Of a DNA stretch of 24,923 nucleotides, positions 1-9,982 are shown one piece after another. The stretch covers positions 7,436,202 to 7,461,124 of the forward strand of contig CM119268.1 of assembly GCA_051294375.1 (NCBI GenBank). Reading direction: 5' to 3'. The stretch is from Paraspadella gotoi. Taxonomy: Eukaryota; Animalia; Chaetognatha. Within the stretch, counting starts at the first letter, position 1. The number at the start of each line of letters is the position of its first letter. A program made the translations under genes and the position numbers. The notes under the pieces are model-generated. The model was not told the origin of the DNA. It ran no database searches and worked only from the letters and a program-made list of their open reading frames with translations.

Positions 1-469
1 TTATTGTTCTCTTTTTGTTGGCGTTGAAGCATCTATTTTAAAACCAGTGCGTATGTTGGCCGTTTTTTATTGTTATTGTTGTTATAGTTTTCAATTATGT
101 TAACGTNNNNNNNNNNNNNNNNNNNNNNNNNCACCCAACAACCTGCACCCTCCCCCCACCCATGCCCATCCCACGCTCAACCGCATTTTTGCTTCCGTCT
201 CACATTCTCAACGGCCGTTCTCCGCCTCGCCTATCAAATCTCAAGGAGATGATGACAAACAACACGAAGAAAGAAATATCGAGCCACACGTGGAGATCTT
301 CGAGGCCAAACGCGGAGAATTTCTTAAGAACATCACGACGAAACAACGAAACATGAACAGCGTTGAGAAAATAACGTTAACATATAATATAAACTAATCA
401 TATCAACGGCCAACATACGCTGGTTTTAAAATAGATGCTTTATAACGAAGCGGAAAAAGAGAACAATAA
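1..469. repeat. Imperfect inverted repeat (foldback/MITE-like), arms ~1-106 and ~373-469; left end cut by the window edge
   Basis: 1-64 (ttattgttctctttt...gcatctattttaaaaccagtgcgtatgttggccgtt) is the reverse complement of ~404-469 (aacggccaacatacgc-tggttttaaaatagatgctt...aaaaagagaacaataa). tatgttaacgt (96-106) pairs with acgttaacata (374-384). Confidence 0.75.
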
Positions 470-773
470 CAACAATTGACAAACCCCAATGGTCGCCCAG
501 CCGGCAGCCGGAGTTTGGCGTTAAACCGCCGATTTTGAAAGTGTAGTTTTGAAAATCGAATTTTTACAAACATTGGGAAAATTTTTTTCTAAATTTTGCA
601 GTCAGTCTCTATTTTATTTTTCGGATGTTACAAGTTTTGAAATGTTGTATATATCCTAATATATATCTTTAAAGAGTATTTTCGTACATTCATAATGCAT
701 ACGGAGACAACTACAATTTTATATCGAAATTTATTTCAGTAAGTTCCCTTATATATTTCGAGACAAGGGGGCG

Positions 774-1143
774 TGTAGCAATTAAATCATGTACAAAAAT
801 GATAGCTGTATCCGCCGTCCTCGGGATTCGAAACCGGGCCTGAGGTTTCTGGGATCGCTCGTTCACCGGAACTAGCATACCAGAGGTAGCGCACAAAATC
901 TGAGGCTTCAAATATCCTTTGTTTAAACCCTTTAAATCAAACTGTAGACCTTTTGTTTTTGAATCCAATGTAAGAATCATCTCTAGCGAACACAGATTGG
1001 ATCTTTGGTTTCTTGAATTTTGTCTATTGACTGTTAGCTTTAAATTTGTTTTCTCTGAATATGTTCAATGATTTTACTCTCAACTCGTGAATACACTTGT
1101 TTTTTAATGCTCCTCACAAAACGTTTTTTATTACTCTTACTAG
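774..1143 (+). mobile_element. Putative LTR copy (inverted 3' LTR, truncated), preceded by a polypurine-tract-like sequence
   Basis: Indel-rich reverse complement of 10081-10413. It starts TGTAGCA at 774, just after the purine-rich GAGACAAGGGGGCG (760-773), which is the PPT-TG arrangement of a 3' LTR. Its orientation is opposite to the adjacent integrase. Confidence 0.6.
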
Positions 1144-2840
1144 AGGGGAAGGTGGTGGGGGAAGGAGGAGGAGGAGGCGAAGCCACGCGCTGAGCCATTG
1201 ATCTCGTTATCCTCGTCGTCGGTGATGGTATTCGAGTTCGGAGGCCTGGCTGGCGCCCCGGACGTCGTCGCGGAGGAGGAGGCGAAGCCATGCGCTGAGC
1301 CATTGATCTCGTTCTCCTCGTCGTCGGTGGTGGTATTCGAGCTCGGAGGCCCGGAGGGCGTCCTGGACGTCGTCGTGGGCTTATCTGGGCGTCGACGACC
1401 TCCAGATCGTCTTCAGAAATCCATGCTGGCTTGACTCTTGCGACGTTGACGACCTGGCGTCCTGTGCTGGGAATATCAATTGTCATATTCAGCCCATTTC
1501 TACTCACCACGCGGTATGGGCCTTCGTAGGGAGGGACCAGAGGCGGGTTGACGCCTGCTCGGCGTATGAAAACATATTGGGCCGTCTCCAGATTGACGGG
1601 GAGGTGTACCGCTGGCTGATGGTGCGCAGAGGTCGCGGTAGGTTGCAAGCGAGCGATTTCGAGGCGAAGGTTGGCGAGTTGGTTCTGGCGTTGGTGATGC
1701 AAATTATTGTCATCATTTTGGTTATTCCCAAGGAGACTACCGGGAACGCTGATCCCCTCGCCGAACACCAAATCGGCCGCTGAGGCTCCCAGATCTTCTT
1801 TAATCGTAGTTCTGATTGCTAATAGAGTCATAGGGAGTTTCCAGTACCAGTTCTCTCTTTCATGTTTCGCCAATGCCATCAGAGACTCCTTTAAACGCCG
1901 ATGAAAGCGTTCAACTAACCCATTCGCCTGAGGATGGTAGGCAGTGGTGGTTTGATGTTTTATTCCCCACTGCTTTGTTAGTTGTCTCCAGAGGGCCGAG
2001 TNNNNNNNNNNNNNNNNNNNNNNNNNTAAATTGTGTGCCACGATCAGTTTGTGATATACAGCGCGTATGCCGTATGTGCAAATCCAATTTGTGGCTGAGA
2101 GCGTCGAGTATTGTCGTCGTAAGCGGATATCTCGAGAGAAACGGTCGACGATCGTTAATAAATGTTTGTATCTATTCGAATTAGGCATTTTAAGAGATCC
2201 AAATCTTACGTGTTTGAAACGCACTCCGGTTGGTATTTTGAATTCCCCTATTTCAGGGACGACGTGTCTTGTTACTTTAGCGCGGTTGACACTCCAGATA
2301 CAATACTCATCGCCCATTTTGAAACGTCCTTGTTTCATTGTTCGTCCAAACAGAACTTGCGGCCAAATTCGCTTTTCGCGTGGCGTCGACGCCAGGGGCC
2401 CAGCCCGTGCGATGACGTCGAAAACTTTTGCGTCTCGCATGCTGCTGGAACGAAGGGTCTTGCAGGGCCCGTTCGAGACGTCCACGAGGAGTTGTTGGTC
2501 ACCAATATGGAATTCTTCTGAAGGATAAGCCTGATCTCCGCGTCTTCGGATATTTGTTGAAAATGCAGGAGTGAGGCTCTGTTCTCTTGCCATTTTGTTC
2601 AAAAATCGAATTCGAAGGTCGTAGAGAAGCGATTACAGCTGAGCATCTTCCAGAGATTTGGTTTTATCGACTTCACCGCATTTTTCTGCAGACAACTCGA
2701 GGGGCCTGGGCGGTGTGTCGAATATGTTCATCGATTCACTCGTCGATGTTTTTGCCTTTAGTTTGAGCTTCGTCTTGCTGCTGCGTTGCTGCCGCTGCTG
2801 CTGCCGTTTGTATTGTCGGGTCGGGAGAGAGCGCCATCTG
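1144..2840 (-). pseudogene. pol: Ty3/Gypsy integrase region of pol (RNase H linker, degraded Zn-finger region, DDE core, GPY/F, Pro/Arg-rich tail)
   Basis: ORF 1040-2602 contains LTIVDRFSR, TTAYHPQANGLVERFHRRLK, PPYEGPYRV and VNVARVKPA. 2027-2840 is indel-rich. The ORF end (1040-1143) is read-through into the inverted LTR. Confidence 0.93.
1167..1376 (-). repeat. 105-bp tandem duplication (2 x 35 aa) in the integrase C-terminal tail
   Basis: PRRRPGRPPGLRARIPPPTTRRTRSMAQRMASPPP followed by PRRRPGRQPGLRTRIPSPTTRITRSMAQRVASPPP. ggcgaagcc recurs at 1176 and 1281. Confidence 0.95.
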
Positions 2841-4523
2841 ATCACGTCTAATCTTTGAATTGATTGTTTAATGATTTGTTGATTAGAATCATTTGATTGT
2901 TGGCATTTGAGATTAAAAGTTTTTCTCTAAGCTTTTAATGTATTCTACATTATAGTTTAGAGTAGATAAAAACGTTTTGTTGAGGAGCATAAAAACAATA
3001 TTATTCAATGTTGAGAGTAAAAACCAGTCTGAACATATTCAGAAAAACAATTTAAAAGTAAACAGTCAAAAACAAAATCAGAAACCAAAGATCCATATCT
3101 GGTGGAGGATTGATTAGATTGGATTCGCAAAAACAAAAGTCTTCAGTTGACTTTAAAGGTTTAAACAAGGGATTTGAAGCCTCAATTTGTGGGCTACCTG
3201 GATGGCTAAGTTCGGTGAACGAGGCATCCCAGAAACCTCAGGGCCCCGGTTCGCATCCCGGGGTATAATTATTTTGTACATGATTTAATTGCTAGAAAAG
3301 AACGCTAAAAGGTTCCCATCCTTTCGGACCACGCTGGTGTGCTGAGGACAGGCGTCAAACTGTCGTCGCTTATCGACGCATCCGTTTGTGACACACAGCT
3401 GCGGCACCTTCGACCGTGAACTTTATGGAGTATTTCGCGCAGTCGCCACTTCCGCCACTGGATAGAAGGTAGGAGCTTTACCATCTATACAGACCATCAG
3501 AGTCTTATCCCCGCCTTAAAGAAAAAATCTGAAGCACAAACAGCGCGTCAAGCTTATCAGCTATCAGTAATAGCTAGTATTTTTACAACAACACATTTAA
3601 TTTGAGGAATAGACGAACATGTTTTGGCTCAAATTCAAGAAATCAATAAAAAGAGAGAAACTGATCAACTTTAACACAATTTCTATTGTTTTTATGCAGT
3701 TCTTTAGTGGATGAAAACCGAGGCTCTGAACGACAACGAGTCCATGAAAGAAAAAAAAGATTATCAAAAGAAAATTCGCCCTTTTGAGAAGGAAATTGGC
3801 TCAAAAGAAATTGCTCTAACAGTTAAGTTAAAGGTTTTTTAGTCGGATACCCAACCTCTAAAAATTCGCGTTGTGGTCGGCCGCGCGTCCGCCCCCTCCA
3901 ATCTTGTCGGGCGGATTAACTTATTTTGTCGAGATGCGACACTCGAAGTTTTGATAGAGGGATTATTCGAAATTGACAAAGGTTTTTGTTTGCAACGGAA
4001 TTTTCATTGTATGAGTTTGAACCAGACATGTTCTGAACGTGTTGTTGACAAGTCGTTCATCCAGCGGGGTTTGTGACAGGAATGGTTTAAAGATTTGTGC
4101 ATAAGAAGGAGAGACGCGAGAGGAGGACAAGAGGAGCAGAGAGAGGAATACGGCGGTAAAAGTTGTCCAACAGAAGTGGAGAGACAGAATAAAGTCGGTC
4201 AGATGAGAGGACAGTCAAGGTGAGGACAGAGTTGAATAAGTTGTTCTGAAAAGAGAGTGAAACTTAAGAGAGCAGAAGAGATAGGAACAGGGATAAAGTA
4301 AATAATAAATGATTACATTGGTGCAATGTACACACAAAGATAGAATGACTTTGAAACAAATAGTGTAAAATTTAAGATCATGATTGGTATAGGTGGATAA
4401 ATAGTTAAGGATAGAAAGTGAAAAATGAATGAAATTGTGAAAAATGAAATATGAGATTTTTAAGTGTTAAGTTAAATTGTATTAAAATCAATATATAAGG
4501 ATTAAGAAAGAAGAGCTCAAAAT
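2841..4523 (+). repeat. Indel-rich direct duplicate of 9975-~11540 (PBS remnant, LTR, rearranged RNase H fragment, FReD exon 3, HINE 5' end, GA-rich insertion)
   Basis: Colinear matches throughout, e.g. atcacgtctaat at 2841/9975, gatttaattgctagaaaagaacgc at ~3282/10401, cagtaatagctagtatttttacaac at ~3565/10673, and aagagctcaa at ~4511/11527. Confidence 0.92.
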
Positions 4524-6362
4524 GAGCTGCGCCCCCTTGGTTTATGCAAAAGAAGGGCTAATGGACGCATTTGGTGACGGGTCATCTGCGCGCGTCCAGT
4601 GGGCGTGAAGAGGAGAGTGCGATCTGAACGGTCAAATTTCTGCCACCGGCGGATTGTACCAGGCGGATAAAAATTCCCCAATGCCCACTCTTACTGTCTC
4701 TCTGACCCTGATAGCCTGCGCGGCATGCCCTCTTCTCGCCCTGCTGGCGAGGTGTGCGGAATTGTCTATTTTTTTTGCCGCTTTTTAGCGACAGGAGATG
4801 ATAGACTTCCTCTCCTCTCTCTCCTAAGCCGTCGTTTTTGGGCGACGCTCAGTCCACAGATAGAGGGAACTGAGTTGCTGCATTTGAAGGAGTGGCAATT
4901 CGTTTGCCCCATTGCCTGGTAAAGGCGGTGTCTCTGCCTTTGTCTCGTTGAGTGCGTGACGGAGGGAATCATTGTTGCTGGCGTGGTGCGGGCGGGGCCT
5001 CCACACGCTTTGATAAGCAAATCCATAGCATGGAGGGAGGTCGAATCGTCCTCCATCACGGTTTCCAAAGAGGCTCGAGGGCTTGTGATGTAGACTGCTC
5101 TTCTATTACCTCTTGGAGAACCAGTTCTTGGGTTCATGGCGACAGCACGAGACAGTCTGAATCTCTGAACAAAATGCCTGTTTCTGCTGATGCCCTCAGC
5201 TATTGCGGACACAGTAGTGACCTCTGGGCGTTCCACCGGTAAGGCTTTTTATGTTGCTGGGAAACGATCTGTAAGAGCATTTGCCCTGTCTCGTCCCAAC
5301 GCTTATGCTGCTGTTGCCAACGGCTTGGTTACCCGCCCTTGCCACAAAGGCCGCCCCAGTTAGACGGCTCCTATGTTTTCGGTCTGGGGATTTTATCTTT
5401 CCGCGTTTCACCAAGAATGCTCACGTAGGGATTATTCAAAAAAAAAACGAATGTCCGTCCGTCCATCCGTCCGTCCGACCTTAACAAACAAACATCAATT
5501 ACTCGTGATTAATGGATGGATTGGAATGAAATTTTTGTATGTGGTTAGGGAAGTGTGTGATTCGAGCTTGGATATGAAGCCTCGACGGACATCGTCCCAA
5601 GTGGAAATGAGTTTTTAAATGGAAATATACAAAATACATTTCATTATTGGAACACAGATTACCATGAGTGGATGGGGGCAACACTGACCTGAAATTTTGT
5701 ATGTGGGTTAGGAAAGTATTGTCATTTAAGCTGGAAATTCAAGTTTCGATGGAATCGTAGAGTGAAATGAGTTTAAATGGAAAAAAACTAAAAAAAACGT
5801 TTCACTAATTGATTAATGCTTCTCTTTTCTTTTTATATTAAATTGTAAATGCAAGAATGTTATAAATTAATACAAATAATTAATTCCCTGTTAATAATCC
5901 AATTAGTCAATTAATTAATCAATTATTATTATCAGTCAATTAATGCAATCAAAACAAACATTTTGGATCTAGATTAATTATTTAATTGACTAATTAATAT
6001 TAATTAACTTGAATTAAATAACTTATGTCATTAATTAATTATTTAAATATTACGATAATGATGCGTGGCAGATCCGACCATTGTCTTGCTCAAACTTGTT
6101 TGAAATACATTAGAGACTTGCAAATTCAAATTCGACAACGAAATTGTTTTAACGTGGAGATGAACTCGCGCAATTATAATACATGGTCAATTTTTTTTGC
6201 AGTGGGAAAAAGCGAAAAGTGACGGCTGGGATACAGAAATGTGTGATTGAAATGGGGTCGTAGATCTCATTAGCTATTTGATTTTTATTCATTTATTTTT
6301 AGCCTATATATTTATCTTAAACATTCATGGCCAAATTTGCGCCATGTATCCTTTTTTTCCAG

Positions 6363-6500
6363 TGAAACCACCATCACAAGACCGTATTATACTATTTCTC
6401 TCAAACACGTTTCGATTATCTGTGGAGGTCCCAAAGATTTTCATGAGCAGCGAGTAACATGGCAAGCAAGAGTACCACAAGCCGATTCAGCTATTTCGTG
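6363..6500 (+). pseudogene. Degenerate or noisy copy of FReD exon 4
   Basis: tttttccag|tgaaaccaccatcacaagacc...caagccgattcagctattt aligns with 18858-18977 but has many indels. The flanking intron 5438-6755 matches 18025-19230. Confidence 0.8.
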
Positions 6501-6755
6501 TGGATTTAATTTTACATTCTTAAAATATATAATTTATTGTCCTCCATCCTTAAGACAAATCGATTTTTTAGCTAAGCACTTTTTTTTCAAATTATTTTAA
6601 AATGGTGTTGGATATTATAGGGATGCACTTGCGGATGACAAATTTTTTGTGATCTGATGGATATTTAGACGTAGATAGATGCATTTAAGGAGTACATAAA
6701 TATTTTGCTATCTAATTTTTCTATAAAGAGTTAGATACAATATAAGATAAATATA

Positions 6756-8625
6756 TTAGTTTGAGCTTCGTCTTGCTGCTGCGTTGCTGCCGCTGTTGCT
6801 GCCGTCGTATTCGGTCGAGAGAGGGCATCTGCGACGACATTAGCTTTGCCTTTTAAATAGCGAATGTCCGTTGAAAATTCAGCTATTACTGATAGCTGAT
6901 AAGCTTGACGCGCCGTTTGTGCTTCAGATTTTTTCTTTAAGGCGGGGATAAGACTCTGATGGTCTGTATAGATGGTAAAGCTCCTACCTTCTATCCAGTG
7001 GCGGAAGTGGCGGACTGCGCAAAATACTCCATAAAGTTCACGGTCGAAGGATGGCCAGAGTCTTTGATTTTTTGCTAATTTAGCGGAAAAGAACGCTAAA
7101 GGTTCCCATCCTTTGGGACCACGCTGTTCGAGGACAGCTCCAACTGCGTGGTCCGACGCATCCGTTGTGACACACAGCTGGGCACCAGTTCGCGGATGAT
7201 GGAGCAGGGCCGCTTGTATTAGTCCCTCTTTGATCGCGATGAAGGCCTTGTCGCACTCTTCCGTCCACTTGAGATTTTTGGGTTTTCCACTGAGTGCCTC
7301 GTACAACGGGGAACAACGGTGAGCGACCTTCGGGATGAATCTACGATAGTAGTTTATCATCCCGAGAAACCTCTGTAGTTCTTTTATTGTCGTTGGCTTT
7401 GTCGTTTCTTGTAGCGTTTGGACTCTCTCAGGAAGAGGACGTACTCCATGTTTATCGACTAAAAAGCCGAGGAATTCTAGGGATTCTTGTCCAGGAGACA
7501 TTTCTTTGTATTACTACAAGGACCATTGGCGTCGAGTGCCTTAAAGACACGCTCAAGATCTTCTAAATGTTCCTCTGGGGACGTCGACGCTACCAAGATG
7601 TCGTCTAGGTAGACGAACGTGTGGGGAATGTCCCCCAATATCTCGTCCATGAGGCGCTGGAAGTCTTGCCCCGCATTTTTCAATCCGAAAGGGCAGCGGG
7701 GAAAGACGTACAGTCCAAATAGAGTGATAACTGCCGTTTTTTTCACATCGTCAGGGTTCACCGGTATCTGGTGATAACCCTTGAGAAGATATATCTTCGA
7801 AAAGATAGTCTTCCCTTCTTGTTGGGCATTAAAGTCCGTGAGCAATTTGACGGGATAATGATCGTCGATTGTTTGAGCATTCAATCGACGATAATCGCCG
7901 CAGCAGCGCCAGCCGCCGTCTGGCTTCGCCACTGCGTGGAGCGGCGAGGACCACTCAGATTTCCCTCTTTTAGCTATGCCTAATGAAACCATCTTCTCCA
8001 ACTCTTTTTTCGCAACTGCCAGCTTCTCCGGATCTAATCGACGAGCCCGTGATTGGCAGGGATGTCCTTCGGTTGGGATGGAGTGTGTAACTCCATGTCT
8101 TGGCTCCTTGAGCTTGAACGTTGGAGTTGATAGCGATGGGAAGGTTTCTAAAAGTTTATAAAACTTTTCGCCTTTTCTGTCGACGAAGTTGACGTGTGTC
8201 GATTCTCCGGGGGATGTTGCTGCTGCTATTGTTGAATAGTTTCTCAGATCCATCAACAGGCCGTCTCTATGATTAGGCGCCAGAAAGTTTTCAGCGAGAA
8301 AATCAGCGCCTAGTATATGCTGAGTAACCTCGGCGACAACGAAATCGTGATTAAATTTTTTCTTTCCGAGTGTGACGGTCTTATTGACAATTCCAAAACA
8401 GCTTATTGGAGACCCATTAGCTGCTTGCAGCTTCATCTCCGGATTCGGACCTTTCTGTCGTTGTTCGTTTGTCGGAGGGATTATCGAGAGGAGGGCCCCG
8501 CCGTCCACCAGCCATTTTACTCTGCTCTCGGAATCTCGAATATAAAGAAGGTTGTTCGATGCTGGTGAACGTGAGTCTTGTTGGGGGACGGCGTTCACCG
8601 CCGGCGTCCCCCCTTTCCGTTTCCC
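6756..8625 (-). pseudogene. pol: Ty3/Gypsy pol: protease, reverse transcriptase and RNase H (disrupted; integrase separated)
   Basis: Protease WLVDGGA and HILGADFL. RT WSSPLH, DYRRLN, GYHQIP, PFGLKNA and FVYLDDILV. RNase H TTDASDHAVGAVL, FDRELYG, YTDHQSL and NVVADALSR. There is a frameshift at ~7490-7525, and RT motif A reads KIYL where KIDL is expected. Confidence 0.96.
8564..8625 (-). promoter_or_regulatory. Programmed -1 ribosomal frameshift signal (G_GGA_AAC plus predicted H-type pseudoknot)
   Basis: The heptamer GGGAAAC (8625-8619) is in the gag frame, followed by a 6-nt spacer, then GGGGGACG-CCGGC-GGTGAACG-C-CGTCCCCC-AACAAGACTCA-CGTTCACC. The -1 frame is open into the protease. Confidence 0.85.
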
Positions 8626-9680
8626 TCACGTTTTCTTTGTGACTCCTCGTATTTTGAACAGCCAGGGTCGCAACTCCATGCTTCGTCTCCGAATTTCACG
8701 TGCTTACTGCACAATGTGACGAGTTTGGCCTTTTGCTTCCCTTTGGCGTGGTTCTGTCGCTTCTTTCCATTGGCGTTTTTTCTCTGGAACTGGCCGAGAG
8801 CGTTGATGGTGGCGTCGTCGTCATCTTCCGATTCTGAAGGCTGTCGGCGTCGTTGTTCCTTGTCGACGTTGTTGATTAACGAGGTCGACTGGCGAATCTT
8901 TAGATTTCCCTCACAGTCATAGTGTCGATCCGCTAGTTGACATAAGTCACTTGCAGATAGCTCTTCAGCTTTTTCTTCAAGCTGACGGCGAATTTCGATT
9001 GGTAGTTCGCGCAAGATCTTCTCTTTTCGTAAGTCGTCGATGGTGAGGGTTCTAGTTTTTTCCTCGAGCTGTGCCAAGGCTTTCGATGGTTTCAGTCCAT
9101 CGACGTCGAGGTTATCGAGGAGATGTGCGGCTTGCTGACGCTGCGTGAGACCGTACTCTCTTCTGAGGTAGCGTAAAAATTCGTTCCAAGATTCTTCTGT
9201 GGTTTCGCCAAATAGGAACTTGTTGATACGGGGATCAACGTTGACTCCAATTTTTGACTCTAGGTGAGCAAACTTGTTTTTCGGCGCGGTGATGTTGGCG
9301 CGAGTATACGCCGCTTCAACTCGCCTTATCCAGATTTCGATGTTGGACGAGTCGAAGTCCGGAAGGTCGGGCTTCCGGTTTGACGCCCTCTCTAACGCCC
9401 GTGTCGCCGCTGCTAGTGCTGCGCGAAGCTCATCGTTTTCGTTGCGCAGTTCTCTATCGATGTCGCCTTGATTCGTCGCCATCTCGGCGTCAGCGAAGTT
9501 GTTCGTGTCAACCGCTGTAAAATTGAAGGCGTTGGCGGCGTCGGCGTATATGGGTGACGTCGATCGTAATCCTCGTCCGAAACCGATAGGGATCTGGAGT
9601 GTGGCGGCGTCGACTCTAGGTTCGTCGGCGTCGCGTTGTGATGAGCGGAGACGTTGGCGATTAATCGGGATGCGCTGCAT
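8595..9680 (-). CDS. gag: Gag (361 aa) of a CsRn1/Kabuki/Boudicca-like Gypsy element
   Basis: Intact ORF directly upstream of pol. It has an LPDF...IEIWIRRVEA capsid-like N-terminal motif and a C-terminal C-x2-H-x9-C-x3-C knuckle (CSKHVKFGDEAWSCDPGC). Confidence 0.92.
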   Translation of the reverse strand: MQRIPINRQRLRSSQRDADEPRVDAATLQIPIGFGRGLRSTSPIYADAANAFNFTAVDTNNFADAEMATNQGDIDRELRNENDELRAALAAATRALERASNRKPDLPDFDSSNIEIWIRRVEAAYTRANITAPKNKFAHLESKIGVNVDPRINKFLFGETTEESWNEFLRYLRREYGLTQRQQAAHLLDNLDVDGLKPSKALAQLEEKTRTLTIDDLRKEKILRELPIEIRRQLEEKAEELSASDLCQLADRHYDCEGNLKIRQSTSLINNVDKEQRRRQPSESEDDDDATINALGQFQRKNANGKKRQNHAKGKQKAKLVTLCSKHVKFGDEAWSCDPGCSKYEESQRKREGNGKGGRRR

Positions 9681-9974
9681 TGGGTCGTCCGTCGCACCGA
9701 GGGATTTGGGGCAAGTGGGGAAAAAGGTGTGAGCGGATCGGGAGATCCAGCTTAATTCAATTTCCTCCCTGATCTTACTGCGGAGGTGATCGTTTTTCTC
9801 TGTTGCCCCGTCTGAAGGTTGGTTGCTGTTCGTCGTCTGCTTACCAAGTGTGGCAAGTCATAGGAGGGTCGATATTACTGATATCACGTGACGATGAGGT
9901 GACAACTGAGATGTGAGATGGTCTAAGATGACATGATGATTATCATTTATGATATAGTCCATCGCATGGAAAAG

Positions 9975-9982
9975 ATCACGTC
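9975..9982 (-). promoter_or_regulatory. Remnant of a tRNA-Trp primer-binding site
   Basis: Minus-strand GACGTGAT equals the last 8 nt of the Trp PBS TGGTGACCCCGACGTGAT. It lies between the putative LTR and the gag leader. The match is short and is supported mainly by position and clade. Confidence 0.55.

Noticed and set aside
774-3294. Bona fide Ginger DNA transposon
   Set aside because: The integrase is continuous with the neighbouring Gypsy pol via the shared RNase H linker, the flanks are LTR copies, and there is no TSD.
4766-5484. Protein-coding gene or LINE fragment in the GC-rich island
   Set aside because: I recognised no domain motif in any frame.
1198-9732. Numerous + strand and alternate-frame ORFs overlapping gag/pol
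   Set aside because: Shadow ORFs of GC-richer coding sequence with no recognisable motifs.
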